Assembly: GCA_036337435.1 (NCBI GenBank)
Contig: JAYZEG010000084.1
Location: 1-37,007 of the forward strand
From: Myxococcota bacterium
GTDB taxonomy: Bacteria; Myxococcota_A; Bradymonadia; UBA7976; UBA1532
Direction of reading: 5' to 3'
Length of the DNA: 37,007 nt
Part shown: piece by piece, positions 9,601 through 16,829 of the stretch
How positions within the stretch are numbered: the first letter of the stretch is position 1
Layout: every line of letters begins with the position of its first letter
The notes under the pieces: model-generated
The model's input: only the letters and a program-made list of their open reading frames with translations
What the model was told of the DNA's origin: nothing
The model's database searches: none
Program-made: the position numbers and the translations under genes

Positions 9601-9914
9601 ACACGTTCATCGCAATCGTTGTCAAAAGCATCACCGCACTGCTCTAATTGACCAGTATTTGCCGATGCATGGCGGTCATCACAATCTGGGCCAGCCTCAC
9701 AGCCTTGCCCGTATCCATCTCCATCCAGATCGATACATCTCGCACCGGGGACATCAGAATCGACTTGTGTTTCGGGCATCATACGAACGCCCGTATCCGG
9801 GTCAATGGATGCACTGGGACCGGTTAACCCGCCGCCGCCGCTATCGTCACCAGAACAACTCCAAGCGAAGCCCAACACCAGGTTAATGAGAACGATTCTT
9901 ATTCTGTAAGACAT
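6678..9914 (-). CDS. Large Cys-rich lipoprotein (1078 aa) with MopE-related putative metal-binding repeats and a C-terminal Vgb/NHL-like beta-propeller
   Basis: Likely start ATG 9914 (MSYRIRIV, G-rich RBS upstream). Lipobox-like FAWS-C. It has 12 D-x-D-C-D-(G/E)-x-x-(D/E)-E units, propeller blades AVAVDGSVWV, LDQDGNVWL, AVDSRGFLW, AIDKRDNVW and AVDLDGNIW, and a YTYSDMTG motif. Confidence 0.85.
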   Translation of the reverse strand: MSYRIRIVLINLVLGFAWSCSGDDSGGGGLTGPSASIDPDTGVRMMPETQVDSDVPGARCIDLDGDGYGQGCEAGPDCDDRHASANTGQLEQCGDAFDNDCDERVDEGCGCTDGESVPCYPADEATVGVGRCRSGFRICRDGALGPCEESRTPISELCNGTDDDCDGVTDEGVLNACGRCGDLEAETCDLRDNDCDGQVDEGVRNACGGCGLEPDEFCDGLDNDCDGSTDEECQCLESVRESCYTGPAGSKGVAACRPGYWVCSEGRRASCVGQILPGQEQCNSIDDDCDGLIDEGQTNACGECGAAPRERCDGPIGDFGNGLDDDCDGRIDETCDCSGRLQQPCYSGLPKHLGVGTCRGGFSDCADGQLAACQGEVLPADEVCGDGLDTDCDGTVDEGCPGEACVPSDEVCNEIDDDCDGQTDEIVRGPCGCRPEQAEEVCGDGLDNDCDGRVEEICGCVKGPPQPCYGGPPETAGIGECRYGQFQCIPGQLLQQGDEAGCRDWVGPTLETCNARDDDCDGVVDENPADGNACGTCGLAPPEVCDSTDNDCDGRVDEGVSNACGQCGPLPAEECDSVDNDCDGLVDEGTVNFCGLCGQSCFELEFDEANEWERGSSVNVMPAPDDPNALTLGSAEATGDSVLWVAATNNREVIKINTRTCEVMDSFPSYGFYPSRTAVAVDGSVWVGNRAWSDADASDYTQGNAVHLDRDGSLICRARITGTSRNGVAVRAVTLDQDGNVWLGSWDRTKIYRVSGNEVVPSDAPDGFPDCRILQEVQLASPAYGAAVDSRGFLWTSGIAGSPTKVDTRDGSVVGIVPRNGRLMDGDQESFLNVSFYGMAIDKRDNVWYGVWQPGGYVGRIDGRTHELELFRHSGRGRTRGIAVDLDGNIWAAGWEDRALFKYNPDGDLLLTVPVGDSLMGVAVDAEGGIFGISTSRAYRFNTNGVELCRTEGLPALYTYSDMTGIQLLTITLSTGRWSVRVDGGSDDVIWDLINWDGAIPNGAFVDVRVRTAPTRAGLTAAAWSGRSFESPYRIPAANLESGYTPQNRWLEAEVRLSRQSDDVLPLLQRVRVSWQRP
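8110..9735 (-). repeat. Cys-rich array: 12 DxDCDG-type units interleaved with 4 CY-x(7-8)-G-x-G/A-x-CR-x-G modules
   Basis: Counted by eye in the translation of the 6678..9956 ORF. Confidence 0.8.
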
Positions 9915-10143
9915 AGCACCCCCGTCGACCGACAAAACCCGGTCAAAAGTCATCATACAAAAAAACGAATTTGCATCGACAGTTTACCGGAATCGACCTT
10001 TAAAATCTCATAATTATTTCGCTTTAATGGCCAGAGATAATTTGCGGTAAAACCGACGATGTCGGATAGGGTGGCCAGTTCGAACAACAGTGCCTAAAAC
10101 CCCTGTCATTACGGGCAAATTAGACCCGGTGTCTCAAGCTAGT

Positions 10144-12384
10144 TCATCGCGCTGAGAAAATGAATGGATAGACAATTTGCACACTGCCACCCTTCGGCTT
10201 CGGGAAGCGAAGCCCTCTAATCACCCTTAAGACACAAGATGCGACCTTTGCATTACCCAACGTGTTTAACTTGACGCGCGTCCCAGACACGCGGCCGTTT
10301 ACCTGGATAGTCCACTGGGCCGTCACTTTACCATTGAGCTTCTTTTTGCTTCTCATAAGCTCCTTCTCGTAGCAGCGCTGGATCCGTCCAGTGGCCCGAG
10401 AAATGACCCGAAAAACTTCTGCTTTACTCAATGAGCCTCGCACTCGAGCCAGAGCGCGGACGCTGCGTACTTTGCCACGGATTTTGCCGGCCCTGGCTCG
10501 ACCAGCCAACCGACCCGTTCCACCAGCGACGCCGCTCTTCGTCCCGACAACACCGCCTCCGGAGCCACGCGCAACGATTCGATCCCCGGGGCCACCTCGT
10601 GTCAGGCTACCCATGATGTTGGTGCCACTCTTGCCCTTCGCGTTGGCAACTGCATCCAAATTTGACCTTATCTGAGATAGGCTTGGTGCCGAATTGTCAT
10701 TGGCTTTCATCACCTGCTTCAATAGCGATTGCGCAGTCGATGCCCCCGTCGATCTTGCCCTTTTGATGCGCTTATTCAATTTCGAGCGAAGGTTATTGCT
10801 GATGACGGGTTTAGGCTCGGTGGTCTTCACCTTTTTGACGACCTTTTTCTTTTTAGGCTTTTTCTTTTTTTTCTTTGGCTTGACCTTCGGCTTTTGCTTC
10901 TTTTTCTTTTTAGGCTCCGGCTTCTTTTTCTCTTTGAGTTCATCGAGATTAATCTCGCGTGCGAAGAGTTCTTTCTCATCTATCTTCGTAGGAAGCTCAA
11001 CATTTGCCGTGATAAACATCGACGCAGCGATACCGAAACCGAAATGGCTTCCCAGCGAAATCATAATGCACGCCGCCCACAGTTTCCATGGCAACCGTTT
11101 GCCAATAGAGCGCCCACTGGTTCTCGCAGCCCGGTCAACTCGAATCCGATACGAGCTATTCTGAAAAGCAAATTCCGCTCGGTCGCCCACATCTAAGGAC
11201 AGCTGTCCGGATGCGGATTCACTTTGCCCAAGACGAAAATGCTCTCCCTTTACACCATCAGGTAGCGTAATCGTCGCCCCCTCGTACGACAGTTTGGCTA
11301 TGGTTCGCCCACCTTGAGCAAAACTATCTCCTGGATACAGAACGGTGACCGACCGGACGACACCAAACGCGACCTCCACCACCTCCAGAACAGGTGCCGA
11401 TTCAGGATCGCCGGTTGCATTGGTATCAGAAAGGGAGCCGAGCATTTCATCCAGTGAGAGTGGACCTCGAGGGCCCGCCTCTTGGGGACGGGCCAACGAC
11501 CCATCGGCGTGTCCTGCTGTTTTGGGGGGTGATTCCGGCGCAGGCTTTGGCTGCTCTCGAACTGGCACACCGTTGTAGAGTGCCGACAAAATAGAGACCG
11601 GGTCGTCGCTCGCCGACACCTCGTCCCAACGCTCGAGCCGGCTAGGATAGTGCGTCTCCAGCCAGCCTCTTATCTCCTCGTGCTTCTCGGCGTAGAGACC
11701 CTCGGTGCGCAAATGGTCTAAGCAATCCTCGGCGTCGGGAAAGCGCCCATCATTCATTTCATTAATGAAACCGACGAGGCCAGTCCATGAATCATCCCGC
11801 TGTGATGGCAGCAACTTCACCGCCGCGGCCGCCAAGCAGCGTAAATCTGAAACCGTAGTGGACAACTTGGAAGCACGGTGCGCTGCAACAGCACTCATTG
11901 GCTGCCCGACCAACTGACTAAAACCACTTACGCCGACAACGATATCATCGAGTCCGAACGGTCCATTGGTTTGGCCAGTTTGATGCAAGGTATCCAGCGC
12001 CGAGACGATATCGATGACAATCTGCCAAATCAGGAATTTCGGCAGGCTCCCATCGCCGCTGTAAACAGCTGACATATGAAGCTGCTCTAGACGTTCACTT
12101 GGCGTAAAAGCGGCGTAATATCCACCCTTTGCAACGGCAAGAACTCGCTCAAACCCAGGGTGACCTGACGCGATCGAGCGTTTCGTGGCCGCCTTGAAGA
12201 CTGCAGGCAAATCGCCAGCCAGTTCATCTTGAACCTCGTGATGAAGGCAGAGTGCGCCATCTTCGTTTCGAACCAACGACGTGATTAAGCCGCCCGATTC
12301 GTAGACGACACCCAAAATGTCAAAGGTGGATTCGCTCACTAGCGTCTCTTGCCCTTCCACTTCTTCTTTTTGCTGCGTTTCCAA
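10144..12384 (-). CDS. GltG-like / AgmX-PglI C-terminal (TonB-C-like) inner-membrane protein with an N-terminal degenerate kinase-like domain
   Basis: The C-terminus GSLSKAEVFRVI...IQRCYEKEL...GKVTAQWTI...CVLRVIRGLRFPKPKGGSVQIVYPFIF matches the AgmX/PglI/GltG C-terminal domain. There is a single TM segment (LWAACIMISLGSHFGFGIAA) and Lys/Pro- and Gly-rich periplasmic linkers. The start is uncertain: TTG 12384, GTG 12360, or GTG 12339 (coupled to the upstream TAG). Confidence 0.85.
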   Translation of the reverse strand: METQQKEEVEGQETLVSESTFDILGVVYESGGLITSLVRNEDGALCLHHEVQDELAGDLPAVFKAATKRSIASGHPGFERVLAVAKGGYYAAFTPSERLEQLHMSAVYSGDGSLPKFLIWQIVIDIVSALDTLHQTGQTNGPFGLDDIVVGVSGFSQLVGQPMSAVAAHRASKLSTTVSDLRCLAAAAVKLLPSQRDDSWTGLVGFINEMNDGRFPDAEDCLDHLRTEGLYAEKHEEIRGWLETHYPSRLERWDEVSASDDPVSILSALYNGVPVREQPKPAPESPPKTAGHADGSLARPQEAGPRGPLSLDEMLGSLSDTNATGDPESAPVLEVVEVAFGVVRSVTVLYPGDSFAQGGRTIAKLSYEGATITLPDGVKGEHFRLGQSESASGQLSLDVGDRAEFAFQNSSYRIRVDRAARTSGRSIGKRLPWKLWAACIMISLGSHFGFGIAASMFITANVELPTKIDEKELFAREINLDELKEKKKPEPKKKKKQKPKVKPKKKKKKPKKKKVVKKVKTTEPKPVISNNLRSKLNKRIKRARSTGASTAQSLLKQVMKANDNSAPSLSQIRSNLDAVANAKGKSGTNIMGSLTRGGPGDRIVARGSGGGVVGTKSGVAGGTGRLAGRARAGKIRGKVRSVRALARVRGSLSKAEVFRVISRATGRIQRCYEKELMRSKKKLNGKVTAQWTIQVNGRVSGTRVKLNTLGNAKVASCVLRVIRGLRFPKPKGGSVQIVYPFIFSAR

Positions 12385-12800
12385 GAACGCTGCGGTAACT
12401 TCTTCGCCTTTGTCTCGCCTTGCTTAATTTTGGTTTCGGCCGCCTTCCGGAGCCCCTTGGCTGCAGCAATTTTTGAGGCTTTCGGTTTATCGGCGGGACG
12501 CTTTAAAACCGGCCAAACAATGCGGTCTAACTCATCACGCTCAAGCTTCAACAGCGGTGGCAGTTTCCGAGGCACTCGATTGAACAAATAGACCGCACCC
12601 GCTGCGCGTTCGCCCTTGATAAGTCGGCCATCAAACTCCATCCGATTCGAACGGCGCAAAACGGGCCCTGCCGCCCCATCTGACGACGACTTCTTCTGAG
12701 TCACCGCATTGGTGGTTACAGTCGACTTTTGGGCATGTGCCACACCAGCCATGGTCATCAAACCGACGACCGTGATCCAATTCATTTTCATCAGACTCAT
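12339..12800 (-). CDS. GltF/CglF-like small periplasmic protein with a Lys-rich tail
   Basis: Signal peptide ending AHA-Q. The core MEFDGRLIKGERAAGAVYLFNR...LLKLER resembles the GltF/CglF pattern (idF....I.Ge....g.yl..R....f..Li..R). It sits directly before the GltG-like gene and has an ATGA overlap with the upstream gene. Confidence 0.7.
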   Translation of the reverse strand: MSLMKMNWITVVGLMTMAGVAHAQKSTVTTNAVTQKKSSSDGAAGPVLRRSNRMEFDGRLIKGERAAGAVYLFNRVPRKLPPLLKLERDELDRIVWPVLKRPADKPKASKIAAAKGLRKAAETKIKQGETKAKKLPQRSWKRSKKKKWKGKRR

Positions 12801-13303
12801 TGTTTCATCACCACCAGTCGTGTCTTGTCGAATCCTGCCTCGCGAGCGGAGCGTAGTACGAGATGAATCGCCCTATATTCCAAACGCTTGTCAGCCTGCA
12901 GCATGACAACAGATTCTTCGTCTGGGTTCTTAGAATTCCGCTGCCTCGCTTCTAAAATTGCGCTCAAAGCATCGACAAGCTCAGGAATTCGCTCCGCCTC
13001 GTAGTTCTCGGCGGACGGCTGTCCATTCTGAAAGTCAGTGATTCGTGTCGGTTTCATCTGTCGTGTTTCTTTATCAAGCGCATATAAAACAACGCCGTCC
13101 AATGTCACAGCCACGTTTGCCGCAGGCTTAAAAACCCCACGGGCACTGCTACTCGGCAGATCCGCATCGTCATTCTTTTTGAACTCGGTGTTCTCTGAGT
13201 CGAAATTGACCAGCAAAAACAAAAGAATGATCGTGAACATATCCAACAAAGAGGTGAGCATCAGCTTTGGTTTGGATTTACCCGAACGGCCTCGTATCTT
13301 CAT
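12797..13303 (-). CDS. ExbD/TolR-family motor subunit (AglS-like); TM aspartate retained
   Basis: TM segment LMLTSLLDMFTIILLFLLVNF, then LPSS and a C-terminal VMLQADKRLEY...AREAGF ExbD fold. ATGA overlap with the upstream ExbD gene. Confidence 0.9.
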   Translation of the reverse strand: MKIRGRSGKSKPKLMLTSLLDMFTIILLFLLVNFDSENTEFKKNDDADLPSSSARGVFKPAANVAVTLDGVVLYALDKETRQMKPTRITDFQNGQPSAENYEAERIPELVDALSAILEARQRNSKNPDEESVVMLQADKRLEYRAIHLVLRSAREAGFDKTRLVVMKQ

Positions 13304-13878
13304 TCGTCCCCTCCCCCATCAGTGCCCGCTCCATCCTCCGCATCAGGCTCAGCAAGATTTCGTTTGGTAAGGGACGAGACGGGAAAGAGTGGCTCGAACT
13401 CTTTGCCTTCCGCGGCCTGATCCGGCGGCAGTTTACGCTCGCGGCTCGCGTCAAGGACAGACACGACATCAGCGTAACGAGTCTTTGCGTCTGGGACGAT
13501 CATCACCGTATCGCTCTTTGGATACTCCAGTTTAATTTTGTGCAGGTGGGCCGTCAGCTTATCCAATGGGCGTTGACCGAACCCTCCCATCAGAGTGAGA
13601 TCGAGGCGACTGATCTGTTCCTTTGCTAGGCCATCGCCCGACCCGGATACACTCAACCGGTCAGGTAGAATCTCGATGCTCATTGTGACCTTGACATCCT
13701 TAGGCGGTTTTTGGTCACTCGCAGGCACGTTATCGGGGATCGACGTCGCAATGGTACCCAAATGGTAGAATGCTGCCCCAAGCATCAGTGCTGGAATCAG
13801 GATCACCATCAGGTTCATCACCGGCAGAAGGTTCATTTCTTCAGCCTCTTTACGCGCTTTTCGCCAATTATCGAGCAT
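13300..13878 (-). CDS. ExbD/TolR-family motor subunit (AglQ position); conserved TM Asp replaced by Asn
   Basis: TM segment EEMNLLPVMNLMVILIPALML and C-terminal TVMIVPDAKTRYADVVSVLDASR...LFP, typical of deltaproteobacterial ExbD/AglQ. It follows the ExbB-like gene. Confidence 0.88.
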   Translation of the reverse strand: MLDNWRKARKEAEEMNLLPVMNLMVILIPALMLGAAFYHLGTIATSIPDNVPASDQKPPKDVKVTMSIEILPDRLSVSGSGDGLAKEQISRLDLTLMGGFGQRPLDKLTAHLHKIKLEYPKSDTVMIVPDAKTRYADVVSVLDASRERKLPPDQAAEGKEFEPLFPVSSLTKRNLAEPDAEDGAGTDGGGDE

Positions 13879-13887
13879 AGACGTCGG

Positions 13888-14769
13888 CTAGGCCTCTGTT
13901 TCCCGGGAAACAAAGTCGTTGTTCCCCTCAAACACGGTCATTAGGTTGGTTGCGCCAGCTTCCATCTCGTTCATAATTTCTTCTTGTCTCTCTGACAGAA
14001 GGTGGTGGAAGAAGAGAAGTGGCACAGCCGCGACGATCCCCGCCGCTGTCGTGTACATAGCCTGAGAAATACCATCCGTTAGCTTTGCTTGTTTTAAGGC
14101 TGCAGGTACGTTTGGGTCGCCAAAAGCAGCAAAGGCCGCGATCAGGCCGAAAATGGTACCCAGCAACCCGAGAAGGGTCGAACTATTCGCCAAAAAGCTG
14201 AGTAGGCCTATTCTCTTGTTGAGGACGGGTAGCTTCTCTAGCATTTTGTCCTCAATGGCGGTCTCGATTTCTTTCCGTGGCCGGCAATTCGACGCTTTCA
14301 ACAATGCGATCTGAGCAACATCACACAGCGGGTGCCCCGAGCCTTTCTTGGTGAGTTTGACTGCGTTCAGGTAACGCTGGTCACCCCCTCCCTTTGCCGC
14401 GTTGGCGATCTCATCTTTAAAACTCTTAAAGTTCAACGACATCCCTCGATACAAGGTATTGCCCCGTTCTAAGAAGATGAACAACCCGATCAATGAAACG
14501 AAAAAGATAACCCACATCATTGGGCCACCATCGTTCATCATGGTCAGCAAGCCGCCCTCGTCCTCTTTAGGCACCGCCGGCTTGGGAGCCTCAGGTGCAG
14601 ACGCTGATTTGGCTGGCGCGGCCGCAGCCGGAGTCGGACTGGCGGCTGGAGCCGCTTGTTCTGGCTGAGCTGCTACTTTATCAGTTTTGGCCGCCCCGCC
14701 CTCTGGTGCTTGCGCGAGGCCCAGTGCTGGCAGCACCATCAGTGCGCTGATTAACGCCCACTTTTGCAT
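13888..14769 (-). CDS. MotA/TolQ/ExbB proton-channel protein (AglR-like) with a signal peptide and Ala/Pro-rich N-terminal extension
   Basis: Motifs GGPMMWVI...FLER, STLLGLLGTIFGLIAAF and GISQAMYTTAAGIVAAVP. AGGGGGA RBS before ATG 14769. Confidence 0.93.
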   Translation of the reverse strand: MQKWALISALMVLPALGLAQAPEGGAAKTDKVAAQPEQAAPAASPTPAAAAPAKSASAPEAPKPAVPKEDEGGLLTMMNDGGPMMWVIFFVSLIGLFIFLERGNTLYRGMSLNFKSFKDEIANAAKGGGDQRYLNAVKLTKKGSGHPLCDVAQIALLKASNCRPRKEIETAIEDKMLEKLPVLNKRIGLLSFLANSSTLLGLLGTIFGLIAAFAAFGDPNVPAALKQAKLTDGISQAMYTTAAGIVAAVPLLFFHHLLSERQEEIMNEMEAGATNLMTVFEGNNDFVSRETEA

Positions 14770-14818
14770 GTATCCCCCTGTTTTGCCGACAAGCGGCTCT
14801 CATATCCATGTTAAGTTA

Positions 14819-14837
14819 TGTCCGATTGTTGTCCGAT
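14819..14837. promoter_or_regulatory. Candidate regulator site: perfect 8-bp direct repeat TGTCCGAT with 11-bp period, upstream of the motor genes
   Basis: tgtccgat at 14819-14826 and 14830-14837 within the 122-bp intergenic gap, 50-68 nt upstream of the ExbB-like start. Confidence 0.35.
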
Positions 14838-14891
14838 ATGCTTTCGATGACAAGCCCATTCTTCTCAGTGTCGCAAACGCCCATACATGGC

Positions 14892-16829
14892 TCACTGAGG
14901 ACCGCGCCTTGGATAATGCACGAACTCTTCATCGAGCACATTAAGCATAGCACCGCTCGGCTCTCGCGTCGTCGGTGGCACATATCGGATCGGGACACTG
15001 GCCACACGGAACGGGCCGGCGGCTTGTGGCTGTGCGCTGGGTGCCTCGGCAAAGTATAACGTCAGGTCATTTTCTTCAGTCAAAGTCGGGATGAGTCGAA
15101 TGTTTCGAACGGTATAGCCCAAACAATGACGACTCCTAAAAACGACGCGGGTTCTCTCGGTATAGTCTCGCGGCGGCAATTGGGCAAAGTCGACCTCCAA
15201 ACGGACAAATCGTCCGTCGTCCCCTTGCACAGGCGCATAACTGGACGACGGAATTGTGTAAATTGTCCCCGTGTCCGGACTGAGGATAACCGGTGGACCC
15301 GCCTCTTCGTCGAGCGCATCCCACCAGCTCAAAGTTGCCGGCTCATCACCAACCGCCGCCGTATATAGAAACGTGCCAACACCAGCCGTAGACCCACCCC
15401 CCACGTGCAGAATGTTGAGGCCAGTCAATTGTTCGGGGCCATCTAAACTGGCTTCCGTTTGAATTCCTAAATCGTCCATTGTGTAACGATAAGCCGACCC
15501 GAGGCGAGCCGGCAAATCGGTGACCCTTGGGTCGGTATGTTCACGCACCTCATCGCCATTTGCGACACCGTCGCCGTCGTCATCTTCCACATCATCTCGA
15601 TTTAGATAGTCGGTCCCAAATCGGAACTCTAATCCATCGGGCAGCCCATCTCCATCTGTATCGACCATGGATGACTCCGTCCCCAAAACAGCCTCATCAC
15701 AATCAGACAGCCCATCTCGGTCGGCATCAAAGCTTGGCCTTTCGAGCTCAGAGCAGCTTTCAGGTTCGTCGGCAAGCAAAGGATCGGTGCCTGTCAGGGC
15801 TTCCACCATGTCTCCGATGCTATCGCCGTCTGTGTCCCCGAGCCGCGGATCTGTTCCTGCCCTTGACTCAGTTCGGTCGCTCAAACCGTCTCCATCACTA
15901 TCGGCGAGCATCTCCCCTTCTTCGACGACGGCATTTTGGTTGGTCACAATGAAATGCTTCGCCCTGAGTGTATTACGCCTATCGAATAACCTGATATCAT
16001 CGAGGTTCATTGAGGCCGACGTCTCAGCCCGTGCATAACGCCCACCCCCAACGAAGGCCATCCGCTCGTGAGTCCGCGCCGTCTGTGCATTCTCCTCATC
16101 ATCGGTCGATGCAGCGAGGTGCATCACGTGCAGTTCGAAGCTCCCAGCACCCGACTCTCCCGCCTGGTCCCGAAGAATCGCAACCCGGTTGGCATCAACT
16201 TGCTGCTGACAGAGATATTCAGGTTCATCGCCTGCGTTGCGGCAGCTGATGTCCCTCTCCGCACAGCAGTTTCGTCGGGAAACCAAGGGGACCGGTAATC
16301 CGGCGTTGACCACCACCACGACATACTGGGTCAGTCCTCGCTCACCGGCGGTGATATTTGCAAGGTCATCTTGGATGATATTGCCAGCGACTCTGATACC
16401 CTCATTGTAATCTCGGCAATAACCACCCTCTGCACAGGGTTCAGGAATCGACAACTGGTTTATCGCGTTAATCAACTCGCCAGGATTCCGGCTGAAAGCC
16501 TCATCGGTGGGTGCCATTTTTTTTGCTCTTGGACCGTATCCAACAACAGCGACACTGTATTCGGGGCGTTGAAGCACCGAATTGACCATATTGGACAGTG
16601 CAACGATTCGCTCACCCGCTGGATCGAACTCCGAATAAAGGTCCCCATTGGCTTGGTCAACAACGAAAACGACGCGCACAGGGAAGCGTGCGAGTTCCGG
16701 GTCTTCAGTGCAAACAACGCCTTTAACCGCAACTCGATTCGCCTCGATGGGTGGATTTCGCGCGTCGTAAAGACCCGCTTTCGAACACGCCGTTACCAGC
16801 ACGATGATGGCCAATCCTATTCGTCGCAT
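14892..16829 (-). CDS. VWA-domain lipoprotein with thrombospondin-like DxDGDG repeats (MtsD/CglB-like); degenerate MIDAS
   Basis: Likely start ATG 16829 (MRRIGLAIIVLVTA-C). It shares the G.VCT..P....FPV(R/K).lFVvD N-terminus with the two plus-strand paralogues and has multiple DSDGDGLSD/DTDGDG units. Confidence 0.82.
   Translation of the reverse strand: MRRIGLAIIVLVTACSKAGLYDARNPPIEANRVAVKGVVCTEDPELARFPVRVVFVVDQANGDLYSEFDPAGERIVALSNMVNSVLQRPEYSVAVVGYGPRAKKMAPTDEAFSRNPGELINAINQLSIPEPCAEGGYCRDYNEGIRVAGNIIQDDLANITAGERGLTQYVVVVVNAGLPVPLVSRRNCCAERDISCRNAGDEPEYLCQQQVDANRVAILRDQAGESGAGSFELHVMHLAASTDDEENAQTARTHERMAFVGGGRYARAETSASMNLDDIRLFDRRNTLRAKHFIVTNQNAVVEEGEMLADSDGDGLSDRTESRAGTDPRLGDTDGDSIGDMVEALTGTDPLLADEPESCSELERPSFDADRDGLSDCDEAVLGTESSMVDTDGDGLPDGLEFRFGTDYLNRDDVEDDDGDGVANGDEVREHTDPRVTDLPARLGSAYRYTMDDLGIQTEASLDGPEQLTGLNILHVGGGSTAGVGTFLYTAAVGDEPATLSWWDALDEEAGPPVILSPDTGTIYTIPSSSYAPVQGDDGRFVRLEVDFAQLPPRDYTERTRVVFRSRHCLGYTVRNIRLIPTLTEENDLTLYFAEAPSAQPQAAGPFRVASVPIRYVPPTTREPSGAMLNVLDEEFVHYPRRGPQ

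Noticed and set aside
5050..9735. Repetitive DNA that might be a CRISPR array or tandem repeat
   Set aside because: There are no identical repeats with unique spacers; the periodicity is protein-level and codon-degenerate.
10081..10096. AGGCAC on the minus strand, and TGGCAT at about 17803, as possible sigma54 -24 boxes
   Set aside because: Neither has the GC of the -12 element at the required spacing.
10694..11196. Phe/Leu-rich plus-strand ORFs resembling membrane proteins
   Set aside because: They are the antisense of the poly-Lys linker of the GltG-like gene.
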